64,000 nucleotides of DNA from Tubiluchus corallicola (taxonomy: Eukaryota > Animalia > Priapulida). Below are positions 62,885 through 64,000 of the stretch, one piece after another; the stretch's first letter is position 1; each line of letters begins with the position of its first letter. Below the pieces are notes generated by a model. That model saw only the letters and a list, made by a program, of their open reading frames with translations, was not told the origin of the DNA and did no database searches. The position numbers and the translations under genes are program-made. The DNA lies in assembly GCA_030141605.1 (NCBI GenBank), contig JAQGDQ010000228.1:124001-188000 (forward strand), read 5' to 3'.

Positions 62885-63010
<126 letters not shown>

Positions 63011-64000
63011 GTAATAATAATGATAATATATAATATATAATATATATATTAAAAGTACCTGAAGATTTCGTTCCAATAGCTAACGGTCAAAGTACCCACT
63101 GTTAGATCAGCTTTTTAAAGTACTGCATAATTATTTTGGTTTTAGACATATTTGGCTTTAAAATATCCTTCCTTAAAAACTTAGTTCAGGTAATAAAAAG
63201 CATGCAAAAAAATCTTGTAAAAAAGCAATAATCGCGACAAAACAGGTAGCCAATAAATTAAGAACTTACAGAGCTTTCAAAAAGCATTTCATTGGCAACT
63301 TTTCATTTGTCGAAAATCGTTTATGATTATGATTTGAAAAATGCGTTTCGTTATGCGGTGCCAGTATTATTTATGACAATTATAAGAGAGGAGCTGCATA
63401 ACTCAGTTTTAGCAATTATGCCCGGCATTTTCATAATGAGCGACAATGATAAGATTTAAACTTTTCTTGGGCAGTACGTAATACTTAGTAATCTGGAAGA
63501 TGTGACACTAATTATTGACTATTCTGGTAAAGCGAACCCACAACTGTGTAATGAAAAGATTAATTAAGTTATGGATTTTTGATAGAAGTGCTGTCGCTTT
63601 CCCAATACTACCACTTTACTAACACATTTAGATTCCTATCTTATACCAACAATATGTTTTTATGACCCGAACTACTGGTCGAGGGATTCGCTGGAGGCAA
63701 AGAAAATACGACACTTTTATGTTAAAAAAAGGTGCGGAGAAATTTAGACACTTTTGCACTAAGACTGGAAAGGAAAAAATCAAGATAAGTTTCCGTTGTA
63801 AGTATAGGAAATGTATTCACTTGGAGTGAAACCTGTATCAAGTAAAATGTGGAAATGTCGAGAGTTACTAAGCATCGGTAATATTTTGCTAATTCACAGG
63901 GTCGGCTTTAGGTAGTTTGACCGCCTAGGCAAGAGTATTTTAGCGCTCCCTCCTCAACCGTCAACTCGTTCCCAGACGTTCCCACTACACCCCCAAAATT

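Overview
AT-rich, intron-dense genomic DNA from an invertebrate animal; it carries an NK7 homeobox gene, a family vertebrates lack. Five genes can be built by hand from GT-AG junctions: (1) the last three exons of a WD40 protein resembling the C-terminus of NACHT-WD (NWD1/NWD2/qui-1-like) proteins (+, to 2042); (2) a synaptobrevin/VAMP R-SNARE (-, 5892-16041); (3) SMC6, with 25 coding exons and about 1076 aa (+, 19930-43741), head-to-head with VAMP; (4) an intronless 935-aa CCDC87-like ORF (+); (5) the 5' part of NK7 (+, from 58383, running off the window). The most striking structure is the modular VAMP gene. It has two duplicated 79-nt SNARE-motif exons only 32 nt apart, two duplicated 52-nt transmembrane exons, several candidate last exons and a candidate 6-nt micro-exon supplying the AT of the start codon, so one gene could build several R-SNAREs by mutually exclusive splicing. 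Two oddities sit in SMC6 introns: a pseudogenised voltage-gated Na+ channel fragment inside an (ATT)n microsatellite, and a 13-unit tandem array that copies the exon-18 splice donor. The rest is MITEs, hAT/Tc1/LINE/SINE debris, minisatellites and microsatellites. All gene models and family names come from manual reading and motif recall; no searches were run.
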